DNA of 64,000 nt from NCBI GenBank assembly GCA_002404155.1, contig DHJC01000023.1:98733-162732 (forward strand), written 5' to 3'. Origin of the DNA: Chloroflexi bacterium UBA4730 (lineage in GTDB: Bacteria > Chloroflexota > Limnocylindria > P2-11E). A model generated the notes under the pieces. That model was given only the letters and a program-made list of their open reading frames with translations, did no database searches and was not told where the DNA came from. Below are positions 26,622 to 36,004 of this stretch, piece after piece; the stretch's first letter is position 1, and the number at the start of each line of letters is the position of its first letter. The position numbers and the translations under genes are program-made.

Positions 26622-28016
26622 GTGGAGGCGTTGCGTCTCGCGCTACGCGAAGCCGAGGCGTACCTCGCGACCATCGACACGGATCGCGTCGCCGGTACGA
26701 GCACCTTCCGGACGGCCGAGGCGATGGGCGGCGCCCTACCGGAGCACGGCGTTGGCGCCCTCGCCGCGATCCGCGAGCTTGCCGCCGCCCATCCGGCGGC
26801 GCTGCGCTCGTCGGGGCCGCGATTCTTCCACTGGGTCGTCGGCGGCGGCACGCCGGCCGCGCTCGCGGCCGACTGGCTGGCATCGACGTACGACCAGAAC
26901 GCGTTCGCCTGGGAGTCGTCGCCGCTCGGCACTCGGCTCGAGGAGATCGCGATCGACTGGCTCAAGGACCTCTTCGCCCTTCCGCCGGCATGGGGTGGCG
27001 TTCTCACGACGGGCGCGACGATGGCGAACTTCACCGGTCTCGCGGCGGGGCGCCGCTGGTGGGCGGAGCGTCACGGCGTCGATGTCGACTCCCACGGCTT
27101 CAGCGGGCTGCCACCGGTCCCGGTCTTCTCGAGCGGGTGCATCCACGCGTCGGCGACGAAGGCGCTGGCGATGCTTGGCGTCGGCCGCGACTCGGTGCGG
27201 CGGTTCGCCCAGGACGCCGTTGGCCGGCTCGATCTGGCGGCGCTCGAGGCGGCGCTGCGCGAGCTGCGCGGCGCGCCGGCGATCCTCGTTGCGAACGCCG
27301 GCGAGGTGAACGCCGGCGACTTCGATCCGATCGACGCGATGGCCGATCTCGCGGCGACGTACGGCGCGTGGCTCCATGTCGACGGCGCGTTCGGCCTCTT
27401 CGTGCGGATCACGCCGGCGGCCGTCGAGCCGGGTGACGGGATCGAGCGCGCCGACTCCGTCATCTCCGACGGTCACAAGTGGTTGAACGTGCCGTACGAC
27501 TCCGGCTTCGCGTTCGTTCGCGACCCGCGCCTCCTCGCCGGAGCCTTCGCGTTGAGCGGCGCCTACCTCCCCGTACCCGGCGAGCACGCGAGCTTTGGCT
27601 ACCTCGGTCCGGAGGCGTCGCGCCGCGCGCGGGGCCTCGCTGTGTGGGCGACCCTGCGTGCCTACGGACGCGAGGGCTATCGGTCCATGGTCGAGCGGCA
27701 CCTCGGGCTCGCGCGCCGGCTCGCGATACGTGTCGACGACGCTCCCGATCTGGAGCGCCTGGCCGACGCGCGATTGAACATCGTGTGCTTCCGCTTCCGC
27801 CCGACTGGCGTCGCCGAGGCCGACCTCGACGCGCTCAACACCCGCATCGGCAAGGCGCTCCTCGAGGATGGCCGGGTGTACGTCGGCACCACCCGATACG
27901 GCGGCCGCGTCGCGTTCCGACCGGCCATCGTGAACTGGCGTACCACCGAGGCCGACGTCGACCTCATTGCCGACGTCATCCGCGAGCTCGGGGCCCGCGT
28001 GCTCGTCGCGGCGTAG
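26622..28016 (+). CDS. Pyridoxal-dependent decarboxylase (group II, aspartate-aminotransferase fold)
   Basis: SDGHKWLNVPYDSGF (PLP lysine), TGATMANFTGLAAGR and HVDGAFG. GTG start at 26622; substrate unknown. Confidence 0.8.
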   Translation: MEALRLALREAEAYLATIDTDRVAGTSTFRTAEAMGGALPEHGVGALAAIRELAAAHPAALRSSGPRFFHWVVGGGTPAALAADWLASTYDQNAFAWESSPLGTRLEEIAIDWLKDLFALPPAWGGVLTTGATMANFTGLAAGRRWWAERHGVDVDSHGFSGLPPVPVFSSGCIHASATKALAMLGVGRDSVRRFAQDAVGRLDLAALEAALRELRGAPAILVANAGEVNAGDFDPIDAMADLAATYGAWLHVDGAFGLFVRITPAAVEPGDGIERADSVISDGHKWLNVPYDSGFAFVRDPRLLAGAFALSGAYLPVPGEHASFGYLGPEASRRARGLAVWATLRAYGREGYRSMVERHLGLARRLAIRVDDAPDLERLADARLNIVCFRFRPTGVAEADLDALNTRIGKALLEDGRVYVGTTRYGGRVAFRPAIVNWRTTEADVDLIADVIRELGARVLVAA

Positions 28017-28041
28017 AAGATCGCCGCGAGATGCGGGTCGG

Positions 28042-29478
28042 CTAGGAGGCCTTCACTCCGGCGACGAGCTTCGCGACCGCCTCCTTCGCGTCACCGAACA
28101 GCATCTGGGTCTTCGGGTCGAGGTAGAGGTCATTGTCGATCCCGGCAAATCCGGGCTTCATGCTCCGCTTGATCACGATGATCTGCTGGGCCTTGTCCAC
28201 GTCGAGGATCGGCATCCCGTAGATCGGGCTGCCCTTCGTGCTGCGCGCGGCCGGGTTGGTGACGTCGTTCGCCCCGATGACGAGCGCGACGTCGGCGCGC
28301 GGGAACTCCGGGTTCACCGCGTCCATGTCCATCAGCTTTTCGTACGGGATGTTCGCCTCCGCGAGCAGCACGTTCATGTGGCCCGGCATGCGGCCGGCGA
28401 CCGGGTGGATCGCGTACACCACGTTCACGCCACGCGACTCGAGCAGGTCCGCGAGCTCGCGCACGTTGTGCTGCGCCTGCGCGACGGCCAGGCCGTAGCC
28501 GGGGACGATGATGACGTTGCGCGCGTACGCGAGCAGCGTCGCGGCATCCTCTGCCGTCGTCTCGCGCACGGTCCGTCCGTCGTCGGCGCGCATCGGCCCG
28601 CCGACCTCGCCGCCGCCGGCGGGCGCCGCGCCGAACGCGCCGAACAGGACGTTCGCGATGGACCGGTTCATCGCCTTGGACATGAGGCGGGTGAGGATCG
28701 TGCCGGAGGCGCCCACGAGCGTTCCGGCGACGATGAGGAGCTGGTTGCCAAGCACGAATCCGGCTGCCGCCACCGCGAGGCCGGTGAACGCGTTCAGGAG
28801 CGAGATCACCACCGGCATGTCCGCACCGCCGATCGGCATGACGAGCGCGACACCGAACAGGAGGGCCAGCAGCGCGACCCCCGTCATGACCGCGAGCTGG
28901 GGCACGCCGACCGTGCTGGCGACCGACGCGGTGAGCAGCAGCGAGAGGACGATCATCCCGCCGAACAGCACGCTGGTGACGATCTGCTGGCCACCGTACT
29001 TGAAGGCTCGGGGGGTGATGAGGCCCTGCAGCTTGCCGAACGCGATGGCGCTGCCGGAGAACGAGACCGCGCCGATGATCAGGCCGAGCATCGAGGTGAT
29101 CGTCTCGCCCGGGGTCACGCCCGCGCCGCCGAGCCCGCGCATCAACTCGAGGATCGACACGAGCGCGGCCGCGCCGCCGCCCGCGCCGTTGAACAGGGCG
29201 ACCATCTGCGGCATCGCGGTCATCTTCACCAGCCGAGCGCCGACGAAGCCGGCGGCGCCGCCGACGACGAGGCCGGCGGCGGTGACGAGGAGGCCGGTGG
29301 TGCCGTAGCTCTGGAACTCGACGTCGAAGAACGTCGCACCGACGGCGAGGAGCATGCCCGCCGCGGCGATGCGGTTGCCGTTCACGGCCGTCTTCGGACC
29401 GGACAGGCCCTTCAAGCCGAGGACGAACGTGACCGCGGCAATGAGGTAGGTGAGCGGGATGAGCGAGCGGAGGTCCAC
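28042..29478 (-). CDS. pntB: NAD(P) transhydrogenase subunit beta
   Basis: GTG at 29478 overlaps the upstream TAG. The polytopic N-terminus is followed by the NADP(H) domain VIIVPGYGLAVAQAQH...VVYAIHPVAGRMPGHMNVLLAEA...ALVIGANDVTNP. Confidence 0.9.
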   Translation of the reverse strand: MDLRSLIPLTYLIAAVTFVLGLKGLSGPKTAVNGNRIAAAGMLLAVGATFFDVEFQSYGTTGLLVTAAGLVVGGAAGFVGARLVKMTAMPQMVALFNGAGGGAAALVSILELMRGLGGAGVTPGETITSMLGLIIGAVSFSGSAIAFGKLQGLITPRAFKYGGQQIVTSVLFGGMIVLSLLLTASVASTVGVPQLAVMTGVALLALLFGVALVMPIGGADMPVVISLLNAFTGLAVAAAGFVLGNQLLIVAGTLVGASGTILTRLMSKAMNRSIANVLFGAFGAAPAGGGEVGGPMRADDGRTVRETTAEDAATLLAYARNVIIVPGYGLAVAQAQHNVRELADLLESRGVNVVYAIHPVAGRMPGHMNVLLAEANIPYEKLMDMDAVNPEFPRADVALVIGANDVTNPAARSTKGSPIYGMPILDVDKAQQIIVIKRSMKPGFAGIDNDLYLDPKTQMLFGDAKEAVAKLVAGVKAS

Positions 29479-29774
29479 TACTTCCGTTGCCCGGGCTTCT
29501 GCTTGAACATCGCGAGCATCCGGTCGGTGACCACGAACCCGCCGACGACGTTCGCCGTGCCGAGCACCACCGCGAAGAACCCGAGGAGCAGCCCGAGCGG
29601 ACCCCCGACGGCCGCGGACACGAGCATCGCACCGATGACGATGATCCCGTGGATCGCGTTCGCGCCGGACATGAGCGGGGTGTGCAGCGTCGACGGGACC
29701 TTCGAGATGACCTCGAAGCCGACGAAGATGGCGAGGACGAACACGTAGAGGCCGACGATCGCTTCGGTGCTCAT
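29478..29774 (-). CDS. pntAB: NAD(P) transhydrogenase subunit alpha, part 2 (membrane segment)
   Basis: 98 aa with 3 TM segments. VISKVPSTLHTPLMSGANAIHGIIVIGA is the conserved PntA C-terminal motif. ATGA overlap with pntAA. Confidence 0.85.
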   Translation of the reverse strand: MSTEAIVGLYVFVLAIFVGFEVISKVPSTLHTPLMSGANAIHGIIVIGAMLVSAAVGGPLGLLLGFFAVVLGTANVVGGFVVTDRMLAMFKQKPGQRK

Positions 29775-30898
29775 GCCTTCTCCAGCGCGGCCTTGGTGGC
29801 CGCGTGCACGACCTCGCCCTGATGCGTGATGAGCGCGCCCTTGATGATCTCGTCCTCGAGGTCGATTGCGAGCGCACCATCCTTCACCAGGAGGCCGATG
29901 AGTGCGGAGACGTTGCGCGCGTACAGCTGGCTCGCGTGGAACGCGACGGTGCTCGGGAGATTCACTTCGCCGTGGATCGTGACGCGCTCTCGCACGACGG
30001 TCTCGCCGGGCGAGGTGAGCTCGCAGTTGCCGCCCATCTCGGCGGCGAGGTCGACGATCACCGATCCGGGCCGCATTCCACGGACCATGTCCGCGGTCAC
30101 GAGGATCGGCGCCCGGCGGCCCGGCACGAGTGCCGTCGTGATGACCACGTCCGCATCCTTCACGTGCGTGCCCACGAGCTCCTGTTCCTTGCGGTGCGCT
30201 TCCTCGGAGAGCTCCTTCGCGTAGCCACCGGTGCCCTCGCCCTGCTCGCCGAGCTCGATCTCGAGGAACTTGGCGCCGAGGCTCTGGACTTGCTCCTTCA
30301 CGACCGGGCGCGTGTCGAACGCCTCGACGACCGCGCCGAGACGGCGGGCCGTCGCGATCGCTTGGAGACCCGCCACGCCCGCGCCGAGCACCAGGACGCG
30401 CGCCGGCGTCACGGTACCGGCCGCCGTGGTCAGCATCGGGAAAAACTTCGGGAGCGAGTTCGCGGCGACGACCACGGCCTTGTAGCCGGCGATGTTGCTC
30501 TGCGACGAGAGGGAGTCCATCGACTGGGCCCGCGTCACCCGCGGGATCGCATCCATGCTGAACGCGGTCGTACGTTTGCCCGCGAGCGCGCGCACGGCAT
30601 CCGTGTTGGTGAGCGGCTGGATCGTGGCGATAAGCGCGGCGCCATCGCGAAGCAGCGCGATCTCGTCGGCCGACGGCTTCTGCACCTTCACCACGAGATC
30701 CGCACCGAAGACCGCATTGCGGTCGGCGACCGCCGCGCCGGCCTTGCGATACGACTCGTCGTCGTGACCGCTACCGGCGCCCGCGCCCGATTCGACGACG
30801 ACCTCGGTCCCGGCTTTGGTGAGCTTGCCGACCGCTTCCGGCACGAGCGCGACCCGTCGTTCGCCGGGCACGGTCTCTCGCGGCACTCCGACCTTCAT
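29771..30898 (-). CDS. pntAA: NAD(P) transhydrogenase subunit alpha, part 1 (alanine-dehydrogenase/PNT NAD(H) domain)
   Basis: MKVGVPRETVPGERRVALVPE..., the Rossmann motif VLVLGAGVAGLQAIATARRLGA, and MRPGSVIVDLA. Confidence 0.9.
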   Translation of the reverse strand: MKVGVPRETVPGERRVALVPEAVGKLTKAGTEVVVESGAGAGSGHDDESYRKAGAAVADRNAVFGADLVVKVQKPSADEIALLRDGAALIATIQPLTNTDAVRALAGKRTTAFSMDAIPRVTRAQSMDSLSSQSNIAGYKAVVVAANSLPKFFPMLTTAAGTVTPARVLVLGAGVAGLQAIATARRLGAVVEAFDTRPVVKEQVQSLGAKFLEIELGEQGEGTGGYAKELSEEAHRKEQELVGTHVKDADVVITTALVPGRRAPILVTADMVRGMRPGSVIVDLAAEMGGNCELTSPGETVVRERVTIHGEVNLPSTVAFHASQLYARNVSALIGLLVKDGALAIDLEDEIIKGALITHQGEVVHAATKAALEKA

Positions 30899-30944
30899 CT
30901 GACGGCGAAAAGTTAGCAGGTCAACGCGGCGGTCGCGTTCTCGC

Positions 30945-32009
30945 CTAGCGAGACGCGGTGGTGGCCTCCGTCAAGCCGACGGCCTTGCGCGCATCCGCGG
31001 CGGGCAGCTGCCAGATCGTGGATGCCCACGCCTGCTTGAACCCGAGCTGGGTGTTGATGCCCAGCATCTGCGCGTTCGTGTTCGCGTTGCCGGTGCGGAT
31101 GAGCTTGGCCTCCGGCCGCTCGCGGACGATCCGGTCGAGCATCGCGGCCTTCATCCAGAGGCCGAGCTTGTGCCCGCGGTGCGGATCGATGACCGCGGTG
31201 CCCTCTTGCCAGATGACCCAGGGCTGCTTCGGGTCGTACGTCACCTCGGTGAAGCCGGCGCCCTGGCCGGTCGCCCCGTGCACGGCGAGGAGCAGCCACC
31301 AGTCGACGCCGACCTGCTTGAACCAGTCCTCACGGTCGTGGACCTGCTCCTCGGTGAGCGTCCAGTCCGCCATCTTCAGGTCGCCCCTCGGGGCGTCATT
31401 CATCCCGTTGGAGGAGTCGATGAACGCGCGCATGAGCTGCTCGGGCACCGCTCCGTCCGCGCGCTCGAGGCGGTACCCCGGCGGGTCGAGCTTCGCCCAC
31501 TCGGCGACCTTCGCGCGGTCGACCGACGGGATGTCCAGCTGGTTCGTCTTCATCGGGAGGCCGGGCTGCGCGCCCGCCGCGCGGAGGAACGCCTCCCCGC
31601 CCGGCGCGCGATCGTTCGACATCCCCATGAACACGAGCTCCGGGTGCTGGCCCTCGCACGCGAGGACGAACTCGCGGAACATTGCGGTCCCGAGGCCTTT
31701 GCGTCGCTGCTGGGGATGGACCTGCACCTCGCACCACATGATGTGCGCGTTCTCCGGCTCGTTGAGGCTGCGGCCGCCGCTGATCCAGCCGACCACGTTG
31801 CCCTTCGCGTCGCGCGCGCGGACGCGCGCCCTCCACTGGTTCGCCGGCTTCGAACGCAGCCGCGCGAGGATCGCCGGCAGCGGACGCTCCGGCTCCACCG
31901 GAACGAGCTCCGTGCTCATGACCTGGAGGAGGCGTGCGATGGCCTCTTGCTCCGCCTCGGGAAGATCGGCGGGGTCGATGCGGTCGATGCGGTAGCCCGG
32001 TACGTCCAT
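30945..32009 (-). CDS. Two-domain GNAT-family N-acetyltransferase
   Basis: ATG at 32009 (MDVPGYRIDR). The first acetyl-CoA loop is VHPQQRRKGLGTAMF and the second is IDPHRGHKLGLWMKAAM. Only the C-terminal 354 aa of the 806-aa track ORF are credible. Confidence 0.7.
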   Translation of the reverse strand: MDVPGYRIDRIDPADLPEAEQEAIARLLQVMSTELVPVEPERPLPAILARLRSKPANQWRARVRARDAKGNVVGWISGGRSLNEPENAHIMWCEVQVHPQQRRKGLGTAMFREFVLACEGQHPELVFMGMSNDRAPGGEAFLRAAGAQPGLPMKTNQLDIPSVDRAKVAEWAKLDPPGYRLERADGAVPEQLMRAFIDSSNGMNDAPRGDLKMADWTLTEEQVHDREDWFKQVGVDWWLLLAVHGATGQGAGFTEVTYDPKQPWVIWQEGTAVIDPHRGHKLGLWMKAAMLDRIVRERPEAKLIRTGNANTNAQMLGINTQLGFKQAWASTIWQLPAADARKAVGLTEATTASR

Positions 32010-32045
32010 GCCACGGAGCCTACCCGCGGCCGCGCACGGGACCAT

Positions 32046-32075
32046 CAACCGCGATACGTTCAACCGCGATACGTT
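32046..32075. repeat. Perfect 15-bp tandem duplication CAACCGCGATACGTT x2 in the GNAT/dihydropyrimidinase divergent promoter region
   Basis: 32046-32060 and 32061-32075 are identical. The repeat lies 37 bp upstream of the dihydropyrimidinase ATG and 37 bp from the GNAT ATG. Confidence 0.9.
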
Positions 32076-32111
32076 CGCGCTAGCATCGCCGCCGCGACCA
32101 AGGGGAGGGCG

Positions 32112-33524
32112 ATGCCGAAGACGCTCATCACCGGCGGCACGATCGTTACAGCTGCCGACATGTACAAGGCCGACGTGCTCATCGATGGGGAGAAGATCGC
32201 CGCCATCGGCACCGGCCTCAAGGTTGCCGGCGCGAAGCGGATCGACGCGAGCCGCATGTACGTCATCCCCGGCGGCATCGACGTCCACACGCACATGGAG
32301 CTGCCGTTCGGCGGCACGATGGCCTCCGACGATTTCGAGACCGGCACGACCGCCGCCGCGTTCGGCGGCACGACGACGATCGTCGACTTCGCGGTCCAAG
32401 GCTTCGGCGAGCCGCTGGAGACGGCCCGTGACCTGTGGCTGAAGAAGGCCCGCGGCAAGGCCGTGGTCGATTACGGGCTGCACATGATCGTGCGTGACGT
32501 CTCGGACCAGGTCCTCCGCGAGATGGAGACGATGGTCGGCGACGGGATCTCGAGCTTCAAGCTGTTCATGGCGTACCCCGGCGTGTTCATGGTCGACGAC
32601 GCCGCGATCTTCAAGGCGCTCGTCCGGAGCGCGGAGATCGGCGGCCTCATCTGCATGCACGCCGAGAACGGCGGCGTCATCGACGTGCTCGTGAAGAAGG
32701 CGCTCGCCGCGAAGCACACCGAGCCGAAGTGGCACGCGCTCACCCGGCCACCCGAGGCCGAGGGTGAAGCGACCGGACGTGCGTTCGCGCTCGCGGAGAT
32801 GGCCGGCGGCGTGCCGCTGTACATCGTCCATCTCTCCGCCGCGCAGGCGCTCGAGCAGGTGCGCCTCTTCCGCGATCGCGGCCTTCCCGCGTACGCGGAG
32901 ACCTGTCCGCAGTACCTGTTCTTGAGCTACGACAACTATGAGGAGCCCGGCTTCGACGGCGCGAAGTACGTCATGTCTCCGCCGCTCCGCGAGAAGTGGC
33001 ATCAGGACGAGCTCTGGAAGGGACTTCAGCGCAACGACCTGCAGGTCGTGTCGACGGACCACTGCCCGTTCTGCATGAAGGAAGGCTTCAGGGGTTTGCC
33101 GAAGCAGAAGGAGCTCGGCAGGGGCGACTTCTCGAAGATCCCGAATGGCGCCCCGGGCGTCGAGACGCGCATGGCCCTCCTCTTCGACGGCGGCGTGGCC
33201 CAGGGCCGCATCACCGCGAGCCGCTGGGTCGAGCTGACCGCCACGACGCCGGCCAAGATCATGGGTCTGTTTCCCCGGAAGGGGACCCTCGCGGTGGGTA
33301 GCGACGCGGACATCGTGCTGTGGGATCCGAAGGCCACCCAGACGCTCTCCGCGAAGACGCACCACATGCGCGTGGACTACAACCCGTACGAGGGCCGCAA
33401 GGTGAAGGGCAGGGCGACGACCGTGCTCTCCCGCGGCGAGGTCATCGTGGCGGATGGGAAGTTCCTTGGGAAGACGGGCCGCGGGAAGTTCCTCAAGCGC
33501 GGCCGTCCGATCCTGCAGAGGTGA
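32112..33524 (+). CDS. Dihydropyrimidinase / D-hydantoinase (cyclic amidohydrolase)
   Basis: ATG at 32112 with an AAGGGGAGGG SD. GGIDVHTHMELPF (HxH), ISSFKLFMAY (carboxylated Lys context), MHAENG, HLSA and STDHCPF. The upstream part of the 784-aa track ORF is antisense to the GNAT gene. Confidence 0.9.
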   Translation: MPKTLITGGTIVTAADMYKADVLIDGEKIAAIGTGLKVAGAKRIDASRMYVIPGGIDVHTHMELPFGGTMASDDFETGTTAAAFGGTTTIVDFAVQGFGEPLETARDLWLKKARGKAVVDYGLHMIVRDVSDQVLREMETMVGDGISSFKLFMAYPGVFMVDDAAIFKALVRSAEIGGLICMHAENGGVIDVLVKKALAAKHTEPKWHALTRPPEAEGEATGRAFALAEMAGGVPLYIVHLSAAQALEQVRLFRDRGLPAYAETCPQYLFLSYDNYEEPGFDGAKYVMSPPLREKWHQDELWKGLQRNDLQVVSTDHCPFCMKEGFRGLPKQKELGRGDFSKIPNGAPGVETRMALLFDGGVAQGRITASRWVELTATTPAKIMGLFPRKGTLAVGSDADIVLWDPKATQTLSAKTHHMRVDYNPYEGRKVKGRATTVLSRGEVIVADGKFLGKTGRGKFLKRGRPILQR

Positions 33525-34027
33525 GCGAGCCCGCGGTGCGCGGTCCGCTCGACCACGTGCTGCGTCACAACAGCTGGGCCACGATCGCTCTCCTGGAGTT
33601 CTGCCGGGCCCTCGACCCGGCGATGCTCGAAGCGCAGGCCGTCGGCACGTACGGCGAGCTCTACGGCACGCTCCAGCATCTCGTCGGCGCGGAGCAGGCC
33701 TACGTCCTGCCCCTCACCGGCGAGCTCCTCGGACGTCCGCGTATCCGCAAAGACCAACGGCACTCCCTCGACGACCTCATCGCCACCGCGAAGGCGATCG
33801 GCGCGCGCGCGCTCTCCGTGGCGGCCATCGATGACGTGACCCGGCGGATCGAGATGAACGAAGGCCGGCAGTCCACGGTCGGCGTCATCCTCGCGCAGCT
33901 GATCCATCACGGGAACGAGCACCGGGCCCAGGCGACTACGATCCTCGGCGCGAACGGCATCGAGCCGCCACCGCTGAGCGCCTGGGGCTACGGCCGCGCA
34001 GTCGGCATCTCGGAGGCAGAGGAATGA
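33521..34027 (+). CDS. DinB-family (four-helix bundle, metal-dependent) protein, copy 1
   Basis: GTG at 33521 overlaps the upstream TGA (GTGA). LRHNSWATIALLEFC...GTLQHLVGAEQAY...[24 protein letters not shown]. Confidence 0.7.
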   Translation: MSEPAVRGPLDHVLRHNSWATIALLEFCRALDPAMLEAQAVGTYGELYGTLQHLVGAEQAYVLPLTGELLGRPRIRKDQRHSLDDLIATAKAIGARALSVAAIDDVTRRIEMNEGRQSTVGVILAQLIHHGNEHRAQATTILGANGIEPPPLSAWGYGRAVGISEAEE

Positions 34028-34518
34028 GCGATCTCGCCGTCCCGATCGAATACGACAACTGGGCGACCGAGAAGCTCGCGCAGTTCTGTGCCGCGCTCTC
34101 GCCCGAACAGCGCGCGCTCACGACCCCCGGGACGATGGGCACGATCGAGGCGACGCTCATCCACCTCGTCGGCGCGAAGGAGCGCTACGCGGCGGCCCTC
34201 CAAGGGACGGCCCCGCCGGACGATGCCGTCCGCGAGACGACGACGAAGGACCTCGGCCAGGTCGTCGCTCGGGCGAAGAAGCTGAGCGAGTGGTTCGCCG
34301 GCTTCGCGAAGGGCGACCTCGACCTCGATCGGGTCATCGAGCGTCGCGGGGCCGATGGCACAACGCAGCGCATGCCGATGGGGATCCTGATCGCGCAGTT
34401 CCTGCATCACGGGAACGAGCACCGAGCCCAGCTGGGCTCGATCTTCGGCGCGAACGGCATCGAGCCGCCCCACTACTCCGCGTTCCATTGGGGGCACGAG
34501 CTGGGGAAAATCAGCTAG
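34024..34518 (+). CDS. DinB-family protein, copy 2 (tandem paralog)
   Basis: ATGA overlap with copy 1. [13 protein letters not shown]...[13 protein letters not shown]...[24 protein letters not shown]. Confidence 0.75.
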   Translation: MSDLAVPIEYDNWATEKLAQFCAALSPEQRALTTPGTMGTIEATLIHLVGAKERYAAALQGTAPPDDAVRETTTKDLGQVVARAKKLSEWFAGFAKGDLDLDRVIERRGADGTTQRMPMGILIAQFLHHGNEHRAQLGSIFGANGIEPPHYSAFHWGHELGKIS

Positions 34519-35627
34519 GCGGGTGCCTCTTTCGTCGTGGTCACCGCGAACGCGGGCACCGGCTGATGGAATCCCTTCAGCTCGATCTCGCCGATCGACC
34601 TCGCGTCGACAGCGCCCTCGATGGCCGCATGTACGCGGCTGCTGACGAGGATCTCGCCGGCCTTCGCGGCTGCCGACAGCCGCGACGCCTGGATGACCAC
34701 CATCCCGACCGCGCCGTAATCGAACCGGCCCTCGAAGCCGATGCGGCCGAGCGTCGCGTAGCCGACCGCGATCCCGATGCCGAGCCCGAGGTCGTACCCG
34801 CGCTTCTTCCATCCTGCCTGCAACTCGGCGAAGCGCGTCTGCATCGCGAGCGCCATGCGCGTCGCCTGGAGATGCGGCTCGGGGATCGGCATCGGATCGT
34901 TGAAGAACACCATGATCCCGTCGCCAGCGAAGTGCTCGACCGTGCCCTCGTGATGGAAGATGAGCTCGCCCATCGCCGCGTGATACGCGCGCAGCACCCC
35001 GAGCGCCTCCTCGGGCTCCGCGGTCTCCGAGAACGACGTGAAGCCGCGCAGGTCCGCGAAGACGACGGTGATCTCGCGGCGGTGGCCCGCCAGGAAGTCG
35101 TCGGCCCCCTGCGAGACGACGACGTCGGCGATCTGCGGGGAGAGGAACCGGCGCAGCCGGCCGAGCCGTCCGAGCTCGTCGACCTGATCCCGCACGCGAT
35201 CCTCGAGCGTCCGGTTCCAGTCCGCGAGCTCGGTCTTCTGCCGCTCGATCTCGTCGTGATACGTCTTCACCCGCAGGAGCGAACGCACGCGGGCGAGCAG
35301 CTCAGGCTGGTCGAAGGGCTTCGCGATGAAGTCGTCGGCGCCGGCCTCGATGGCCCTGACCTTCTCGGGGAGGCCGCTCGCGGTGACCATCACGACCGGC
35401 AGGAAGCTCGTCTTTGGATCCGCGCGCAGCCGGCGGCAGACTTCGTAGCCATCGATGCCCGGCAGCATGATGTCCAGGAGGACGAGGTCCGGCTTCTCCT
35501 TCAGGACCTGGAGCAGCGCGTCCTCGCCCGTTCCCGCCGTGACGACCTCGAAGCCGTTCGGCGCCAGCACCGCTTCCATCAGCCGCAGGTTCTGCGGGAC
35601 GTCGTCGACCGCGAGGATTTTGGTCAT
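34515..35627 (-). CDS. Response-regulator receiver domain fused to a class III adenylate/guanylate cyclase
   Basis: REC: [13 protein letters not shown]...[17 protein letters not shown]...PVVMVTA...DDFIAKP. A coiled-coil linker follows. Cyclase: [45 protein letters not shown]. Confidence 0.9.
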   Translation of the reverse strand: MTKILAVDDVPQNLRLMEAVLAPNGFEVVTAGTGEDALLQVLKEKPDLVLLDIMLPGIDGYEVCRRLRADPKTSFLPVVMVTASGLPEKVRAIEAGADDFIAKPFDQPELLARVRSLLRVKTYHDEIERQKTELADWNRTLEDRVRDQVDELGRLGRLRRFLSPQIADVVVSQGADDFLAGHRREITVVFADLRGFTSFSETAEPEEALGVLRAYHAAMGELIFHHEGTVEHFAGDGIMVFFNDPMPIPEPHLQATRMALAMQTRFAELQAGWKKRGYDLGLGIGIAVGYATLGRIGFEGRFDYGAVGMVVIQASRLSAAAKAGEILVSSRVHAAIEGAVDARSIGEIELKGFHQPVPAFAVTTTKEAPA

Positions 35628-36004
35628 TGTTTCGCGTCCAGATACGCCCGCACTTGGCCGGGGAAGTTCTTCACCTCGATCGGTTTCGCGATGAAGCCGT
35701 CGAAGCCGGCCTCGTTGAACCGCTCGCGATCGCCGGACATCACCGACGCGGTGAGCGCGACGGTCGGGATGTGCTTCGTCCGCGCGTCTGCGCGGATGCG
35801 CTTCATCGCGACGATGCCGTCGATCCCGGGCAGCTGGATGTCCATCAGGATCAGCGCCGGCAGATGCTCCAGGCTCATCGTGATCGCAGATTCGCCGTCG
35901 GTCGCCTCGACCGTGCGGTAGCCGTGGAACCGCAGCACGTCGCGGGCGAGCTTCAGGTTCTTCTCGTTGTCTTCCACGATGAGGATCAGCTCGTTCGCCA
36001 TCAC
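35624..36004 (-). CDS. Stand-alone response-regulator receiver (CheY-like)
   Basis: [13 protein letters not shown]...[16 protein letters not shown]...[10 protein letters not shown]...[13 protein letters not shown] overlaps are present at both ends. Confidence 0.9.
   Translation of the reverse strand: MMANELILIVEDNEKNLKLARDVLRFHGYRTVEATDGESAITMSLEHLPALILMDIQLPGIDGIVAMKRIRADARTKHIPTVALTASVMSGDRERFNEAGFDGFIAKPIEVKNFPGQVRAYLDAKQ

Noticed and set aside
33521-34518. Tandem DinB paralogs and tandem GNAT paralogs (55464-56627) as a toxin-antitoxin-like or defence pair.
   Set aside because: Both members of each pair belong to the same enzyme-like family with similar sizes. Nothing resembles a toxin/antitoxin or known defence architecture, so these are ordinary tandem duplications.
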